64,000 bases of DNA from Minisyncoccota bacterium (GCA_022842945.1 JALHOO010000001.1:93830-157829); one strand, 5' to 3'; counted from the first letter of the stretch, positions 32,031 to 41,818 are shown. Made by a program: numbers and translations. Notes: generated by a model from the letters alone, not told the origin.

Positions 32031-34709
32031 ATGATCAATCTAGTAAGCCTACAGGAGGATCTTGAGAATCTCAGTCAGAAATTTTCAAAGCAAACGTTTG
32101 TCTTTGATTTGCTGTCCGTGTATGGACTGCCGAAAAGCACCATCTCTTTACTTTTCAAAAACCCCTCAAAGCTATCGGGAAAGGAAGATCAGATCATTTT
32201 AAAAAACAAGGTGCTTTTTCACATAACCAACTTAGAAGAAGACGAGCACGTCGCTATCGATACTCTACAAAAGGATAAGAACTCATATAAATTCAATCCT
32301 CGATTCATTATCGTTACGGACTTTGCAACATTCTTGGCTGTAGATACAAAAACAAAGGAGACTCTTGATATCCAGATTGGGGATCTCGGCAGACATTACG
32401 CATTTTTCTTGCCGTGGTGTGGCATGGAAAAATCACAGCATGTTAATGAGAACCCTGCTGATATTCGTGCTGCCTACAAAATGGACAAGTTGTATCAGGC
32501 AATTGTTAATGACGATCCAGAATACTATAAGAACAATAGTCACGATTTAAACATATTTCTATCACGGCTTCTTTTCTGTTTCTTCGCCGAAGATACCGGA
32601 ATCTTCCCGAAAGCAGGATTATTCACAAACTCAGTAATTTCTCATACTCATGAAAATGGTGAAGAGTTAGATGCACATTTCTCAACGCTGTTTGATCTGT
32701 TGAACACAAAAGATAGCGACCGGTCAAAGTTTGCATCTCACTTTTTGGAATTCCCATATGTAAATGGGGGTCTTTTTGAAGACAAGATTAAGTTACCTGC
32801 ATTTACTGCTAGTTCACGAAAACTGATTATTGAGTGTGGAAAATTGAATTGGGATTCAATCAATCCTGACATCTTCGGGTCTATGATCCAGGCTGTCGTT
32901 CATCCTGGACAGCGAGAGAATCTCGGAATGCACTACACCTCTGTGCCTAACATAATGAAGGTGATTGAACCGCTCTTTCTTAATGATTTGTACGAAGAAT
33001 TAGAAAGGTCGAAAAATGATCCAAAGAAATTAGAAAATCTTCGTGACAGAGTTTCCAAGATCAAGATATTTGATCCAGCCTGTGGATCAGGTAATTTCCT
33101 CATTATCTCGTACAAGGAGTTATCAAAACTAGAATCAAAAATAGTTGCTTACGCCAAAGCCATTGGGCATGACATGGTGCAGTACTCTGGTGTATCTCTA
33201 AACTCTTTCTACGGAATAGAGATAGATGACTTTGCTCATGAAATTGCCAGACTTTCACTTTGGCTAGCTCAACACCAAATGAACCAGTATTTCGATGGAA
33301 TGTTTGGAATTATGAAAGCAACACTCCCGCTTAAAGAAAGCGGAAAGATTGTTTGTGGTAATGCCACGAGAGTCGATTGGGAGGAGGTCTGTCCTCGTAA
33401 AGATAAGGTTGTAGGAGAACATGAAATATATGTAATTGGTAATCCTCCTTACTACGGGGCAAGAAAGCAAGATGACGAACAGAAAGAAGATATCAATAGA
33501 ATTTTTAAGGGGGTCAAGAATGCGAGCAATCTGGATTATATTTCCTGCTGGTTTCTTCTTGGCAAGAACTATATTCAAGGCACAAAGATCAAGCTGGCTT
33601 TTGTTTCAACAAATTCAATTTGCCAGGGCGAGCAGGTCTCTATTCTATGGCCACTAATTTTAAAAGACCAAATCGAAATAGGTTTCGCGTACCAGTCATT
33701 TAAATGGAAGAACAGTGCCAAGGGTAATGCCGGAGTCACTTGCGTTATTGTTGGATTAAGAGCTGAAGCAAAAAATCATAAATATATTTTTAGTGGTCAA
33801 ATTAAGATTTCAGCCAAAAATATATCACCGTATCTTGTAGATACTGATAATCTTTTTGTGCAAAAAAGAAGTAAACCGCTATCACAGATTCCAGAGATGT
33901 GCTTTGGAAGTATGCCTAATGATGGTGGATATCTTTTGATTGACCAGAATGAGTATGTAGAACTTAAAAGTAATAATCCTACTGTTCTTAGTTTTATAAA
34001 ACGATGCTACGGTGGCCAGGAATTTATCAAGGGAATTGTCAGGTATTGTATTTGGATCAGTGATAAAGAAGTTGACAGTGCTATGAAGATTGAATTTATT
34101 AAAAATAGAGTCGAGCTAGTTCAATCATATCGAAGTAAGAGTGACAGGGAAGCAACTAGAAAATTGTCTGCAAAGCCTTACAAATTTGGTGAGATTAGAC
34201 ACCTTGATACCAATTCAATCATTGTTCCTCGAGTTTCGTCCGAATTGCGTGATTACATTCCTGTAGGTTTTCTGACCAAGAACGATATCATCACTGATTC
34301 TGCCCAGGTTATATATAACGCCGAGCCTTATATTTTTGCTGTACTAAATTCACACATGCACATGACCTGGGTGCGTGCTGTTGGAGGAAAATTGAAGACT
34401 GACTTGAGGTACTCGTCCGCACTTTGTTACAACACCTTCCCATTTCCAGAGATTACCCCAAAGCAAAAGGACTCGCTTGCTACTCATGTCTATAATATTC
34501 TCGAAGAGCGCGAGAAATATCCCAATAAAACGATGGCAGACCTGTATGATCCAGTAAAGATGCCGGATAGCTTGAGGGAAGCTCATAAATATTTAGACCT
34601 CGCCATAGACCAAATATATCGAAACAAACCCTTTGAAAGTGATGAAGATCGGTTGGCTCATTTGTTCAAATTCTACGAAGAGATGATTACTAGAGAAACC
34701 AACGGATAA
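32031..34709 (+). CDS. MmeI/YeeA-like N6-adenine DNA methyltransferase with TRD
   Basis: FCFFAEDTGIF, FPYVNGGLF, PDIFGSM, GMHYTS, DPACGSGNF (motif I), GNPPY (motif IV), YNTFPFP. Confidence 0.92.
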   Translation: MINLVSLQEDLENLSQKFSKQTFVFDLLSVYGLPKSTISLLFKNPSKLSGKEDQIILKNKVLFHITNLEEDEHVAIDTLQKDKNSYKFNPRFIIVTDFATFLAVDTKTKETLDIQIGDLGRHYAFFLPWCGMEKSQHVNENPADIRAAYKMDKLYQAIVNDDPEYYKNNSHDLNIFLSRLLFCFFAEDTGIFPKAGLFTNSVISHTHENGEELDAHFSTLFDLLNTKDSDRSKFASHFLEFPYVNGGLFEDKIKLPAFTASSRKLIIECGKLNWDSINPDIFGSMIQAVVHPGQRENLGMHYTSVPNIMKVIEPLFLNDLYEELERSKNDPKKLENLRDRVSKIKIFDPACGSGNFLIISYKELSKLESKIVAYAKAIGHDMVQYSGVSLNSFYGIEIDDFAHEIARLSLWLAQHQMNQYFDGMFGIMKATLPLKESGKIVCGNATRVDWEEVCPRKDKVVGEHEIYVIGNPPYYGARKQDDEQKEDINRIFKGVKNASNLDYISCWFLLGKNYIQGTKIKLAFVSTNSICQGEQVSILWPLILKDQIEIGFAYQSFKWKNSAKGNAGVTCVIVGLRAEAKNHKYIFSGQIKISAKNISPYLVDTDNLFVQKRSKPLSQIPEMCFGSMPNDGGYLLIDQNEYVELKSNNPTVLSFIKRCYGGQEFIKGIVRYCIWISDKEVDSAMKIEFIKNRVELVQSYRSKSDREATRKLSAKPYKFGEIRHLDTNSIIVPRVSSELRDYIPVGFLTKNDIITDSAQVIYNAEPYIFAVLNSHMHMTWVRAVGGKLKTDLRYSSALCYNTFPFPEITPKQKDSLATHVYNILEEREKYPNKTMADLYDPVKMPDSLREAHKYLDLAIDQIYRNKPFESDEDRLAHLFKFYEEMITRETNG

Positions 34710-34713
34710 TTTT

Positions 34714-36651
34714 ATGAAAACCATTCAAGTCGCCGAAGCAACATACGAACAGACGGGGCAAAGTACCAAGCTTAACGAGCTTGGTATGCGTGAAATGCAA
34801 GCCAAAGCATTCGAAAAAAAGGGTGCTCAGTACCTACTTTTGAAAGCCCCTCCAGCATCTGGAAAGTCCAGAGCATTGATGTTCCTTGCTTTAGATAAAC
34901 TTGCCAATCAAGGCATCAAAAAAGTCATTGTTGCCGTTCCCGAGAGATCTATCGGTGGATCTTTTAGTGAGACCAATCTAACTGAGAGTGGTTTCTTTGC
35001 AGATTGGAAACCAAATGATGACTACAACCTTTGTACTCCTGGTCTAGATAATGCAAAAGGCAAGGTCGAAGCGTTTAAGAATTTTGTGAATAACGATGAG
35101 AAGATCCTCATCTGCACTCATTCAACGCTTCGCTTCGCATGTGAACAAATTGAAGACTCAAAATTCAATGATATGCTCATTGCGATTGACGAATTCCATC
35201 ATGTGTCTGCTGACAAAGAGAGCAGCATTTTAGGGCGCGTTTTGCACGGAATAATGACTAATTCAAACGCGCATATTATTGCGATGACAGGGTCATACTT
35301 CAGGGGAGATGGTGTTGCTGTTCTGTTGCCACAGGATGAGGCAAAGTTTCAGAAAGTGACATACAACTACTACCAGCAGTTGAATGGCTACACCTATTTA
35401 AAGACCCTAGGTATCGGGTACCATTTTTACCAAGGCAGATACACATCAGCGATTACTGAGGTGTTGGATACAAACAAGAAGACGATTCTACATATTCCGA
35501 ACGTGAACTCCGGGGAGTCCACAAAGGATAAGCTCAATGAAGTCGATCTGATCTTGGATATCATCGGAGAAGTAGATCATCAGGATCATGAGACTGGTGT
35601 TATCTATGTAAGACGTGACGGAGACGGAAAGATGCTTAAGGTCGCAAACCTTGTCGACGATTCAGTCGATCGAGACAAGATATCAAACTACCTCCGTACC
35701 ATGAAAAACGAGGATGATATGGATATCATCATTGCTTTGGGTATGGCAAAAGAAGGTTTTGACTGGCCGTACTGCGAACATGCACTGACTGTCGGCTATC
35801 GAAGCTCTCTCACAGAGATCATCCAGATCATCGGCCGCTGCACCCGTGATAGTGCTAACAAGACTCATGCTCAGTTTACAAACCTCATCGCCCAGCCTGA
35901 CGCAAAGGACGGTGAGGTTAAGGTGTCCGTAAACAACATGCTGAAGGCGATTACCTGCTCTCTACTTATGGAGCAAGTCATGGCCCCGCACTACAACTTC
36001 AAGCCTCGATTCCCCAATGACGACAATTCTTTTACTCCGGGCGAGATTAAAGTAAATGGATTTAAGGCACCAAGCACCGAACGGGTGAGAGAAATCATTG
36101 AATCAGATATCAACGATCTCAAGGCATCTATTCTTCAGGACGACCAAATGATTAAGGCGTTGCCTGGAAATGTTGATCCTGAGGTAATAAACAAGGTGAT
36201 GATCCCAAAGATTATCCAAATGAAGTATCCAGATCTTAGCGATCTTGAGGTTGAGGAAGTCCGCCAGCATGTCGTTGTTGACTCTGTAATTAAGAACGGA
36301 GAAATTAAGATTGTAGGAGACAAGAAGTTTGTCAGAATGGCGGGGCAGTTTGTGAATATCGACGATCTTAATATTGATCTCATTGATAGCATCAACCCCT
36401 TCCAGGAAGCCTTTGAAATACTTTCAAAATCCGTGACAACGGGCATCCTCAAGGTCATTCAGGACACAATCGACTCTTCCCGAATCGAGATGACACCAGA
36501 GGAAGTTAAGATTCTATGGCCTAAGGCAAAAGAGTTTACAATCCAGACAGGTCGGAAGCCTGAAGTTACTTCGTCCGATCCGCTTGAGAAAAGGCTAGCC
36601 GAAGCGGTGCTCTATCTGAAGAAACTCAAGGCCGAGCAAATCCAAAATTAA
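34714..36651 (+). CDS. YeeB-like SF2 DEAD/DEAH helicase
   Basis: APPASGKS, IDEFHH, AMTGS, EGFDWP, QIIGRCTR. Confidence 0.88.
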   Translation: MKTIQVAEATYEQTGQSTKLNELGMREMQAKAFEKKGAQYLLLKAPPASGKSRALMFLALDKLANQGIKKVIVAVPERSIGGSFSETNLTESGFFADWKPNDDYNLCTPGLDNAKGKVEAFKNFVNNDEKILICTHSTLRFACEQIEDSKFNDMLIAIDEFHHVSADKESSILGRVLHGIMTNSNAHIIAMTGSYFRGDGVAVLLPQDEAKFQKVTYNYYQQLNGYTYLKTLGIGYHFYQGRYTSAITEVLDTNKKTILHIPNVNSGESTKDKLNEVDLILDIIGEVDHQDHETGVIYVRRDGDGKMLKVANLVDDSVDRDKISNYLRTMKNEDDMDIIIALGMAKEGFDWPYCEHALTVGYRSSLTEIIQIIGRCTRDSANKTHAQFTNLIAQPDAKDGEVKVSVNNMLKAITCSLLMEQVMAPHYNFKPRFPNDDNSFTPGEIKVNGFKAPSTERVREIIESDINDLKASILQDDQMIKALPGNVDPEVINKVMIPKIIQMKYPDLSDLEVEEVRQHVVVDSVIKNGEIKIVGDKKFVRMAGQFVNIDDLNIDLIDSINPFQEAFEILSKSVTTGILKVIQDTIDSSRIEMTPEEVKILWPKAKEFTIQTGRKPEVTSSDPLEKRLAEAVLYLKKLKAEQIQN

Positions 36652-36652
36652 T

Positions 36653-37801
36653 ATGGATAGAAACGATTTACTAGATTTGCTAAATGATGACGACCTAGGA
36701 CTTCTCGATATAGAGAAGAAGTCTGTTTCCGTTACGCCAGATGATCGGCTATCAGAATCATTTATGGAAATAAATGAGTTTTTCTTGGCGCATAATAACG
36801 AACCAAAGAGTGGCGGAGATATCCATGAACACAAGCTTGCATCAAGACTTAAGCACATCAGAGAGAATAAAGAGCAAAGAGACTTCCTCAGTAAATACGA
36901 TACTCATAGTCTATTGAAGACTGATGCAAAGGATCTCGATACCGTAAGTGATATTTTTGCAGACGACGATTTGGATCTCCTTTCGCTTGAGGATAGTTCT
37001 GTTTTTAACATAAAGAACGTTCCAGAAATCAGACAAGATCGCTCCAACCCCGACTTCGTTGCACAGAGAGAGATTTGTACTGATTTCGATAAGTATGAGT
37101 ATCTGTTTGCACAGGTTCAAAGGGACCTAAAGAGCGGAACAAAGAAGCTGGCTAGCTTTGTTGAAAGTGAGATGAAAGAAGGCGACTTTTTTGTACTTAG
37201 TGGAGTGCTCATATATCTCGAAAAAATTGATGATCCATACCGAGGTAACAGTCAAAAAATAAACAGGCGAACTCGTTGTATTTATGAGAACGGGACTGAA
37301 TCAAGCGTGCTTCTTCGATCGCTTGGGAAAAGACTTTCTGATGCAGGGTATGCCATAAAGGGTAATTCAGAGATGGTGGCTATTGAAGATGGAGATTCTG
37401 AGACAGGCTATATCTATGTACTTAAGTCCCTAAGTGAGAATCCAAGGATCGCAACTACTAAAAACCTTTTCAAGATTGGTTTCTCAACTACTCGTGTCGA
37501 AGAGCGTATAAGGAACGCAGAACAGGACCCTACGTATCTAATGGCTCCAGTTTCTATTGTCGCTACTTACCGATGTTTCAACATGAATCCTCAGCGGTTC
37601 GAAAGGCTGATACACCGTTTCTTCAGTGAGTCATGTCTGGATCTTGAAATCACCGACAAGGATGGGAGAAGTTATGTTCCAAAGGAGTGGTTCGTAGCAC
37701 CAATAACGGTAATCGGAAATACCATCGAACTAATCATCAAGGGAGAGATCGTCAATTATTCTTATGACAAAGATACTGAGTCAATTGAAAAGATTAGATA
37801 A
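36653..37801 (+). CDS. YeeC-like GIY-YIG (T5orf172) nuclease
   Basis: GYIYVLKS...FKIGFST..VEERI...ERLIHRFF...EWF. Confidence 0.85.
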   Translation: MDRNDLLDLLNDDDLGLLDIEKKSVSVTPDDRLSESFMEINEFFLAHNNEPKSGGDIHEHKLASRLKHIRENKEQRDFLSKYDTHSLLKTDAKDLDTVSDIFADDDLDLLSLEDSSVFNIKNVPEIRQDRSNPDFVAQREICTDFDKYEYLFAQVQRDLKSGTKKLASFVESEMKEGDFFVLSGVLIYLEKIDDPYRGNSQKINRRTRCIYENGTESSVLLRSLGKRLSDAGYAIKGNSEMVAIEDGDSETGYIYVLKSLSENPRIATTKNLFKIGFSTTRVEERIRNAEQDPTYLMAPVSIVATYRCFNMNPQRFERLIHRFFSESCLDLEITDKDGRSYVPKEWFVAPITVIGNTIELIIKGEIVNYSYDKDTESIEKIR

Positions 37802-37809
37802 TACTTCTC

Positions 37810-38259
37810 TCAAATAGGATTCACAATTTTATTGAAATGCCTAGACGGCACTGGTGTAACCGAAAGCCTCGACCCTTTTTGTAAAATCATCATCCCTAAA
37901 GAAGCATCGGCACGTATATCCGATAGGGTAACGGGCACATCAAACTTCTTTACGAACGCAATATCAACCAAGTCCCATATTGGCCTTGCTTCAGTTGCAC
38001 GCTTGTCGTAGTAGTCGCTCTTCGGATCAAACTGCGTTGGGTCTGGATACGCTTCCGTAACAACCTTTGCAATCCCATACACTCCAGGAACCTTGCAGTT
38101 GGAATGATAGAAGAGAACCTCGTCGCCAACCCGCATCTCACGCATATAGTTCCTCGCTTGAAAGTTCCGCACGCCATTCCATGACGTCTTTCTATCCTTC
38201 TTTAAATGGTCTATCCCGTAGCTCTCGGGCTCTGACTTCATAAGCCAATACTGCTTCAT
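37810..38259 (-). CDS. EVE domain protein
   Basis: YWLMKSEP, WNGVRNFQARNYMR, FYHSN, RLSVTPV. Confidence 0.93.
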   Translation of the reverse strand: MKQYWLMKSEPESYGIDHLKKDRKTSWNGVRNFQARNYMREMRVGDEVLFYHSNCKVPGVYGIAKVVTEAYPDPTQFDPKSDYYDKRATEARPIWDLVDIAFVKKFDVPVTLSDIRADASLGMMILQKGSRLSVTPVPSRHFNKIVNPI

Positions 38260-38292
38260 TAGAAACAGTATATAGGATGCTAATCTTAAGGA

Positions 38293-39168
38293 ATGGAACC
38301 AACCCCCGCACCAAGCAAAGCCCCAAAACTCCTCACCCTATTCATCATAGTATTCAGTGCATCTCTCCTGGCTACGAGCACCATCGCTCTGGGCGCCTTC
38401 TCTCTTATGGGAGACACATTTGAAGGCGGTACTGCTGCAGAGTCCTGGGCACCCGCTGCAGGGTGCAATGTTGTGGGTATTGCGGTACATGGCGACATCT
38501 CCATAACACCCTATAGCTACTCCCCGGAAGAATGCGTTGAAGGATGCCCGTCAGGTACGTATTCCGATGATGTGATTCAGTATCTACAGGCAGCCCGGGA
38601 AGATGACTCAATCCTCGGTATACTCCTCGACGTTAGTTCCTACGGAGGAGAGCCAGTTGCCGCAGAAGAGATTGCTGAAGCCGTAAAGAATACTGAGAAG
38701 CCCTCTGTAGCATGGATACGTACGTCAGGGACGTCAGCTGCGTACTGGATAGCGAGCGCTGCCGATACCATTATTGCGTCAGCAAACTCGGATGTGGGTG
38801 GTATTGGTATAACCATGTCCTATCTTGATAACGTCACGGCAAATGAGGACCAGGGACTAACCTACAACAGTCTTTCTTCAGGAAAATACAAAGACGCGGG
38901 GAGCCCGGACAGAATACTCACCGAAGAGGAGGCTGAGATCTTTAAGCGAGATCTTGCAATCATGCATGCAAACTTCATCAAGGCAGTGTCCATACACCGT
39001 TCTCTACCGATCGAGCAGGTAACGGTTATTGCAGACGGTTCAAGCATGCTTGGAGAAATGGCCAAGGAAAATGGACTCGTAGATAGTATTGGAGGCCAGA
39101 AAGAAGCATACGAGACACTCGCAGCAAAGATAGGCGAGGAGCCGGTGATTTGCTGGGGAGGTCTATAG
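38293..39168 (+). CDS. sppA: S49 family peptidase (SppA-like)
   Basis: SYGG, SAAYWIAS, VGGIGI, SGKYKDAGSP; N-terminal TM. Confidence 0.85.
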   Translation: MEPTPAPSKAPKLLTLFIIVFSASLLATSTIALGAFSLMGDTFEGGTAAESWAPAAGCNVVGIAVHGDISITPYSYSPEECVEGCPSGTYSDDVIQYLQAAREDDSILGILLDVSSYGGEPVAAEEIAEAVKNTEKPSVAWIRTSGTSAAYWIASAADTIIASANSDVGGIGITMSYLDNVTANEDQGLTYNSLSSGKYKDAGSPDRILTEEEAEIFKRDLAIMHANFIKAVSIHRSLPIEQVTVIADGSSMLGEMAKENGLVDSIGGQKEAYETLAAKIGEEPVICWGGL

Positions 39169-39238
39169 TAGCCGACAGGCATATAAGAAAATCGGCCGCC
39201 CTTGAAGAGGCGGCCGATGAAGTGTCTGTACGATTGTG

Positions 39239-39526
39239 CTACCGACCCATGAGCATGTTGTAGCCAACCGTTGCCTTCTCTCTGACGTAGGTTCCGTGGT
39301 CACCTTCGGCCTGAATGCCGTGTGCCACCGCCCTCATCAGACAATCGAATGCGCGTGCCTGGGGAATTGACGCCTGAGTGTCAGGCAGACTCAGGGTCAT
39401 CTGCATGGCGTGAGCCATGGCCGCGAGCCTGATGCGCCTCTTCTCAGGATCGGTATCCTGTTCCAGGTCGCGCACGTACTCATCACGAAGCCGTAACATT
39501 TCACGGCGATCAAGCGTTGTAGCCAC
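39239..39526 (-). CDS. Orphan helical protein (95 aa)
   Basis: TTGACA-17-TATACT with TG, GGAG SD, GTG start, terminator after. Confidence 0.7.
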   Translation of the reverse strand: MATTLDRREMLRLRDEYVRDLEQDTDPEKRRIRLAAMAHAMQMTLSLPDTQASIPQARAFDCLMRAVAHGIQAEGDHGTYVREKATVGYNMLMGR

Positions 39527-39599
39527 TGTATATTCTCCAGCGAATGGTTCCACCTGTTTCCAGTATAGCACCAATTTAGAAGAATGTCAAGTCTACACT

Positions 39600-39685
39600 A
39601 GAAAACCCGCCTTGTGGCGGGTGCTCTAGTGATGTTTGGGTACAGCTTACCTATAGCCGTGAGAGGGCGAACCCTCCAAACATCT
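39600..39685 (-). ncRNA. Candidate tiny three-way-junction RNA D
   Basis: TTGCAA-17-TAGGCT; closing stem GATGTTTGG/CCAAACATC enclosing AGGG-TTCG-CCCT and ACGGCT/AGCTGT; terminator follows. Confidence 0.55.
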
Positions 39686-39779
39686 CTGATAGCCTAAGAC
39701 GGAAGAGATTCTTTTGCAATGATGGGCAGAGAGTATACAAAGAAAACCGGCCGCCCATTGGACGACCGATTGCTTCTTC

Positions 39780-39938
39780 TTAGCGCTTCCGCTCGCGGAC
39801 TTTCCGCTTGCCACACTTCTTCAGCTTCTTCCTGAGTCTGTTGCGCGCCCGGTCCTTCTTCCAGAACCGGTCGCCCTTCTGGTTGTGCAGGCGCTGCGTT
39901 GCCGCATGGATCTCATTCTCCCCAACGTAGTGAGTCAC
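39780..39938 (-). CDS. Small highly basic orphan protein (52 aa)
   Basis: TTGACT promoter, GGGAG SD, GTG start; ...RFWKKDRARNRLRKKLKKCGKRKVRERKR*. Confidence 0.6.
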   Translation of the reverse strand: MTHYVGENEIHAATQRLHNQKGDRFWKKDRARNRLRKKLKKCGKRKVRERKR

Positions 39939-40012
39939 GTAGTTCTCCCTGTTGTGCTCTGCGCACACAGTGCCTTCTAAGCAGGTTTTAGTCAAATGAG
40001 TATAGTAGGGGA

Positions 40013-40582
40013 ATGAACGGGGAGTATGAAGTACGAGAATCAACCCGCGCCAAACGGCTCGGCCTAACCGTACACCCAGACGGAAGGGTAGTTATAACAA
40101 AGCCGGCGCGTACTTCTTTGAAGGCTATGGAGACGTTCGTAGAGAAGCACACACAGTGGATAGCAGACACACAAGAGAAGTTCAGAAAACGCCTTGAGCG
40201 CCAGAAGAAGAGCGGTATAGAGCTTGTTGCACTCCCACGTCCCCGCAAGGGATCAGCGATGTACAAGGAAGCACGTAAAGCTGCCCGCATACTGGTTACG
40301 GAACGACTCGAACACTTCAACCAAGCGTACGGCTTCCGGTACGGCACGCTATCCATACGAGACCAAAAGACCCGGTGGGGAAGCTGTTCAGCTGCGGGAA
40401 ACCTCTCCTTCAACTACCGCATCGTATTCCTTCCCACAGAGCTCCAGGACTACGTAGTTGTCCATGAGCTCTGTCACACCAAGGAGCATAACCACTCGGA
40501 GAAGTTCTGGGCACAGGTTGGGAGAACCCTCCCGAACCACACACAGCTTCGAAAGGAACTCCGTACGCGCTACAGCACTTAG
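40013..40582 (+). CDS. YgjP-like (DUF45) zinc metalloprotein
   Basis: QKTRWGSCS, YVVVHELCH..EHNHSEKFW. Confidence 0.9.
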   Translation: MNGEYEVRESTRAKRLGLTVHPDGRVVITKPARTSLKAMETFVEKHTQWIADTQEKFRKRLERQKKSGIELVALPRPRKGSAMYKEARKAARILVTERLEHFNQAYGFRYGTLSIRDQKTRWGSCSAAGNLSFNYRIVFLPTELQDYVVVHELCHTKEHNHSEKFWAQVGRTLPNHTQLRKELRTRYST

Positions 40583-40657
40583 TTGCTTTGTTCCTGTTTT
40601 GTACTATAATCCACCCACGTTCTTTCATGCAACAATAATCATCCTTGGGAGGGATAG

Positions 40658-41167
40658 ATGCACCAAACGTTCGCAGACCCCATACTGAACCCCCTTCAGG
40701 AGGGTGGCGGCATCATCCGTCTTTCGCACCTACCGACGCACTTCGATGATTGGAACCGCGCCATTGAGGCCGGGGCACCAGACACGAAGCCCGATTCTTC
40801 CGCGCGCGATATGTGGAAACTCTATCCACCCATCCCGCCCGTGCACGAGCCGCAGCGCTACATTCTTATGTGGGCAGGAGCGAAAAGCGTCACGTCGACG
40901 CACGCAGCACAGTGCTGGGGAAGACAGTATCAATTGATCGAGACCGATCCGTACGAAATCTTCGCTCTGTCTGCCTCGTTTCCGTGTCTGTATGAACGAT
41001 TCGGGATGCGGGGCGGGGGACTGGTTCCTACGCGCTCTGTGCCCTTCAAGACAGAGGCGTTCATCTGCGGACTCTGGCAGTCCCAGTCCGGCGAGCGCCG
41101 AGCAACGATGGTTAACCGGCTGATGAAGTTCCATGATCGGACTATCTTCATCTTCCGTGAAGCGTAA
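40658..41167 (+). CDS. Orphan hypothetical protein (169 aa)
   Basis: TTGCTT..TATAAT promoter, GGAGGG SD, terminator after. Confidence 0.7.
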   Translation: MHQTFADPILNPLQEGGGIIRLSHLPTHFDDWNRAIEAGAPDTKPDSSARDMWKLYPPIPPVHEPQRYILMWAGAKSVTSTHAAQCWGRQYQLIETDPYEIFALSASFPCLYERFGMRGGGLVPTRSVPFKTEAFICGLWQSQSGERRATMVNRLMKFHDRTIFIFREA

Positions 41168-41217
41168 GTGATAGAAAGGGCCGTATGCACGAGCATACGG
41201 CCTTTATCCTTATATAA

Positions 41218-41452
41218 AGTTCGTCCGCAACCTTGGGTCGCGGACGAGGTATGGTGGTTACGTTTGCGGTGGGTTATTCGATGGGCCCCCGGTCCAAAGG
41301 GGCAAAAGTGCCCGACCTCATCGTCTCGCGATCACGAAAGCAGTATGCGCGCATCTGATCCTCTGCTTCTCCTGCGAGACCATCCTTTCCGTTTCACCTT
41401 CCAACCCGGTATCCGGCTTCTCCTGTTACGGGACCTTCCTGCGGGACAGGAG
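41218..41452 (-). ncRNA. Candidate structured ncRNA E (~235 nt)
   Basis: TGgTATACT extended -10; stems CTCCTGT/ACAGGAG, GTCTCGC/GCGAGAC, GAAGCAG/CTGCTTT, CGATG/CATCG; terminator 41221-41247; only ORFs of 21-26 codons. Confidence 0.48.
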
Positions 41453-41503
41453 TAGTATACCAATCAAAAGGGCCGGCGATACATTCGCCGGCCCCTGTCG
41501 ATG

Positions 41504-41818
41504 TCAGACCGGAATGCCGAGTTTCTGGCACTCAATCCGCACCCAAATCTTGTCCCACGAGTCAGCAAAGCCCCAGGGTTTCGCGCGCGGCTGACCCTTG
41601 TCCATCCTGAGGTTGAAGAAGATTCTCTCGTTCAACTCCGGATGACGATGATACGCAGGACTTCTTCCTTCCGGCTCCGTGCCGTTGTCGAAGAATTCCA
41701 CCTGTTCATTCAGGTGAATGAACACATTGTCGAGGCCGAGCTCAGTGCAGGTGAGGAATCCGTATCCCTTTGCGGGGAAGTAGAGTCTCACGGTACCAAC
41801 GTACGTTTTATCCGCCAT
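41504..41818 (-). CDS. Divergent cold-shock-domain protein (104 aa)
   Basis: GTVRLYFPAKGYGFL (RNP1), VFIH (RNP2), KGQPRA; AGGAG SD. Confidence 0.7.
   Translation of the reverse strand: MADKTYVGTVRLYFPAKGYGFLTCTELGLDNVFIHLNEQVEFFDNGTEPEGRSPAYHRHPELNERIFFNLRMDKGQPRAKPWGFADSWDKIWVRIECQKLGIPV

Noticed and set aside
30963-37801. Prophage or integrative element
   Set aside because: No integrase, transposase, phage structural gene or flanking att pair found
39631-39684. Hammerhead ribozyme
   Set aside because: Three-stem shape, but no CUGANGA/GAAA core on either strand
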